Assembly: GCA_001179505.1 (NCBI GenBank)
Contig: CDMY01000013.1
Location: 62,001 to 126,000, forward strand
Origin: Vitrella brassicaformis CCMP3155
Taxonomy: Eukaryota > Protista > Chromerida
Direction: 5' to 3'
Length of the DNA stretch: 64,000 nucleotides
The first letter of the stretch is position 1; each line of letters starts with the position of its first letter. Shown here one piece after another: positions 61,856 through 64,000 of this stretch. The notes beneath the pieces were generated by a model. That model ran no database searches. It was not told the DNA's origin and saw only the letters and a list, made by a program, of their open reading frames with translations. The position numbers and the translations under genes are program-made.

Positions 61856-64000
61856 ATGGCAGAAGGTAAGATCCTGATCTTGATGGCGTCACGATACGGC
61901 GTGCAGCTGCAACACGCACATATCTCTGTTTGCGCCGATGGCTATTGTCTGTCTGTGTGCTGTGCCTGTCAACCAGACCGTGCGTCACGCGCTGAGCGGA
62001 AGCGCTTCGAGGCCGAGGTGGCTTCGGTGCTGCAGAGCTTCGAGAAGGCCAAGGAATGGGCAGATCTCAGCAACTGCCTTCAAAAACTCCACAAAGTAAG
62101 TACGCTCGGCCAAGCCGAGAGGAAAATGACTTGCCTCTTCCGCACAACCAAACCAGCACGTGTCGTGTGTGTGTGTGTCGTGTTCTGCTCTGCCTCGTGT
62201 GCCGTGCGTGTGTCTTTGGGTATTCTATTTATTCTGTCTGCAGGCGTTCCAACGTCCCAGCAAGTTGACGGTGGTGCCGCTGAAAGAAGTCGTGTCAAAG
62301 CGGCTGGCGCAGTGCCTCAACCCTGCGCTGCCCAGCGGCGTACACACCAAGACACTCGAGACCTACGCATGCATATTTGACCGAATTAAGGTAGGGAGCA
62401 TAGCAGGGGAGGGAGGGAGGGAAGACGGCTCCTGGCAAGGGGGGCAAGCCGACCGTGTGTGTGTGTGTGTTGTGATGTGTCTGTCTGTCAGACCGACGGG
62501 CTGTGTGCCGATTTGGCCATGTACAGCAGCGGCCTCTTCCCATTTTTTCAAAATGCAGCCACACACGTGAGTCACCCACCGATGGTGCCTGGCCTGGCTG
62601 GTCTCGTGTGTGCGTCGGTGGAGTGCATCATATCTGCGCTGTGTGTGTGTGTGCACCCCTTCAGGTGAAGCCTTTGTTCCTTGACGTGTTGGAGCGGCAC
62701 TACATCCCTCTGGGTCGGTGCAGTGCAGCACAGCACACTCACGCGCATCGCATACGCACCACGTGTGCTGTGCACTGCCATGAGCGCCAGTCAAATGCTG
62801 GTCTGGTCTGTCTGTAGGTCACCGGCTGTTGCCCTGCCTGACGGGTCTGCTGGTGTGTCTGCTGCCCGGCGTGGAGGACGAAAAGACCGACTCGTACGAC
62901 AGGTACGGTACGTAGCTGAGGCCATGGATGTACCCTCCCTTCCCTGGTGAGCAAGCAAATCTGGTGTGCTGTCCCTGCCCTGCGCCACCAGGGTGTTTTC
63001 GACGATATTGCGTATCGGTGAGTGTGTGGGCGAGGGCAACTTCATGTGTGCCCTGTGGCTGATCCTGCTGCGCACCTCGCGCACCCGGCTGCCGGCGCTG
63101 ACTGTGCTGTCGTCCAAGATGGCCCCCTCCCTGCCGGACATGGCCCCCGACCGCATCGACCTCCTGCTGCCTGAGCGGGGCGTGCTTGTGCTGCGCAGCT
63201 TCGAGACGGTGTTCGAGGACACCAACGTGCTGGTGAAGCGGTCGCTGCTCGACCTGCTCATCAAACACTTCCCCTTCTCGTCACACATATTCGCTTACGA
63301 CCAGAAGGTGCGGCTGTTGAGGAGTGCGCTCAAGCTCTTCACGCAGAGAGAGTGGTCGCTGACCAGGTGAGCGAGAGAGGTGTGTGATATCTGGTGTGGT
63401 GGATGCGATCAATGCCATTGCACTGCACGTCAGGATGTCATAATTAATGTGTGTATCTTAATATGTGTGGGCGGGCCGTCCCGTGCGTGTGTATGTGTGT
63501 TATGTGTGTTAGGCGTTTGATCCAGTGGTTGACGCACCAGACGGACTCAATGGACACGATCGACCTGTCCTACTTCAAGACACAAGTGCGGTCAGAGCTC
63601 TGCATGGCCATGAGGGAAGAACTCAGGTCTGTATACACCACCCCACGAACCCACACACAAAGCCATGCATTGCATACCGGGCGGGTACTACGGTCCACTC
63701 ACTCCACAGGTGTCAGCCCAAGACGGAGTCAGCGGCAGTGCTGCCATTGCACGTCTTGGAGATATTCCTAACAGAGGTGGAGGGGGTCAGCGGGGTCGTC
63801 ATGAGAGACCTTAACGTCGCCGTACTCGTATACACCAAACGGTAGGTACCGGGGGACGACAGACAGACAGCACAGCACGGGTGTGTACCAGTTATCCAAT
63901 GTGTGTGTGTGTGTGTGTGTGTGTCAGTGAGTCGTCGGGTGCGTCATGGAGCAAGGCCGTGTTGGAGGAGGCCCAGGCACTGTTCCACCCCCGCACCACA
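61856..64000 (+). CDS. DOP1: Dopey family protein (Dopey_N domain), 3' end beyond the window
   Basis: MAE|DRASRAERKRFEAEVASVLQSFEKAKEWADL; VSKRLAQCLNPALPSGVHTKTLETY; SGLFPFFQNAATHVKPLFL; LLPCLTGLLVCLLPGVEDE. Confidence 0.95.

Noticed and set aside
49-64000. Most short or antisense ORFs in the six-frame track
   Set aside because: They are shadows of GC-rich coding exons or read through microsatellite introns (CVCVC, THTHT, TDRQ peptides).
1-64000. tRNA, rRNA or other structured RNA genes; alternative genetic code
   Set aside because: No recognisable cloverleaf or rRNA sequence by eye. TAG and TGA both end conserved genes normally.

Overview
Intron-dense, GC-rich eukaryotic genomic DNA with short GT-AG introns full of (CA)n/(GT)n/(GACA)n/(GGAT)n microsatellites and two 300-N gaps. 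Bipartite plastid-targeting leaders, an apicomplexan-style SET1 and the intron style point to a chromerid alveolate, most likely Vitrella brassicaformis (inference; no database search was run). About 20 genes are supported. 1-28.3 kb holds conserved genes: a Trithorax/MLL-like H3K4 methyltransferase, an IQ protein, a Rap1-type Myb protein, a GPI-anchored stellacyanin-like phytocyanin, a GT47 exostosin, a SUEL/F-type lectin/PAN mosaic, a PsbQ-like protein, a lumenal FKBP and a PDK/BCKDK kinase. 29-52 kb is an accessory zone. It has three frameshifted paralogs of an F-box/LRR-like family, an inverted duplication bracketing PIG-F, and a gene with an in-frame TAG. 52-64 kb holds a giant IPT/TIG transmembrane protein and the 5' part of Dopey. 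The most interesting observations are the plant-type blue copper protein with an intact Cu site, complementary CA...GT repeat polarity within introns, the Rap1-like Myb protein, the lectin mosaic and near-strict alternation of gene orientation. Exon boundaries were inferred by eye and are approximate.
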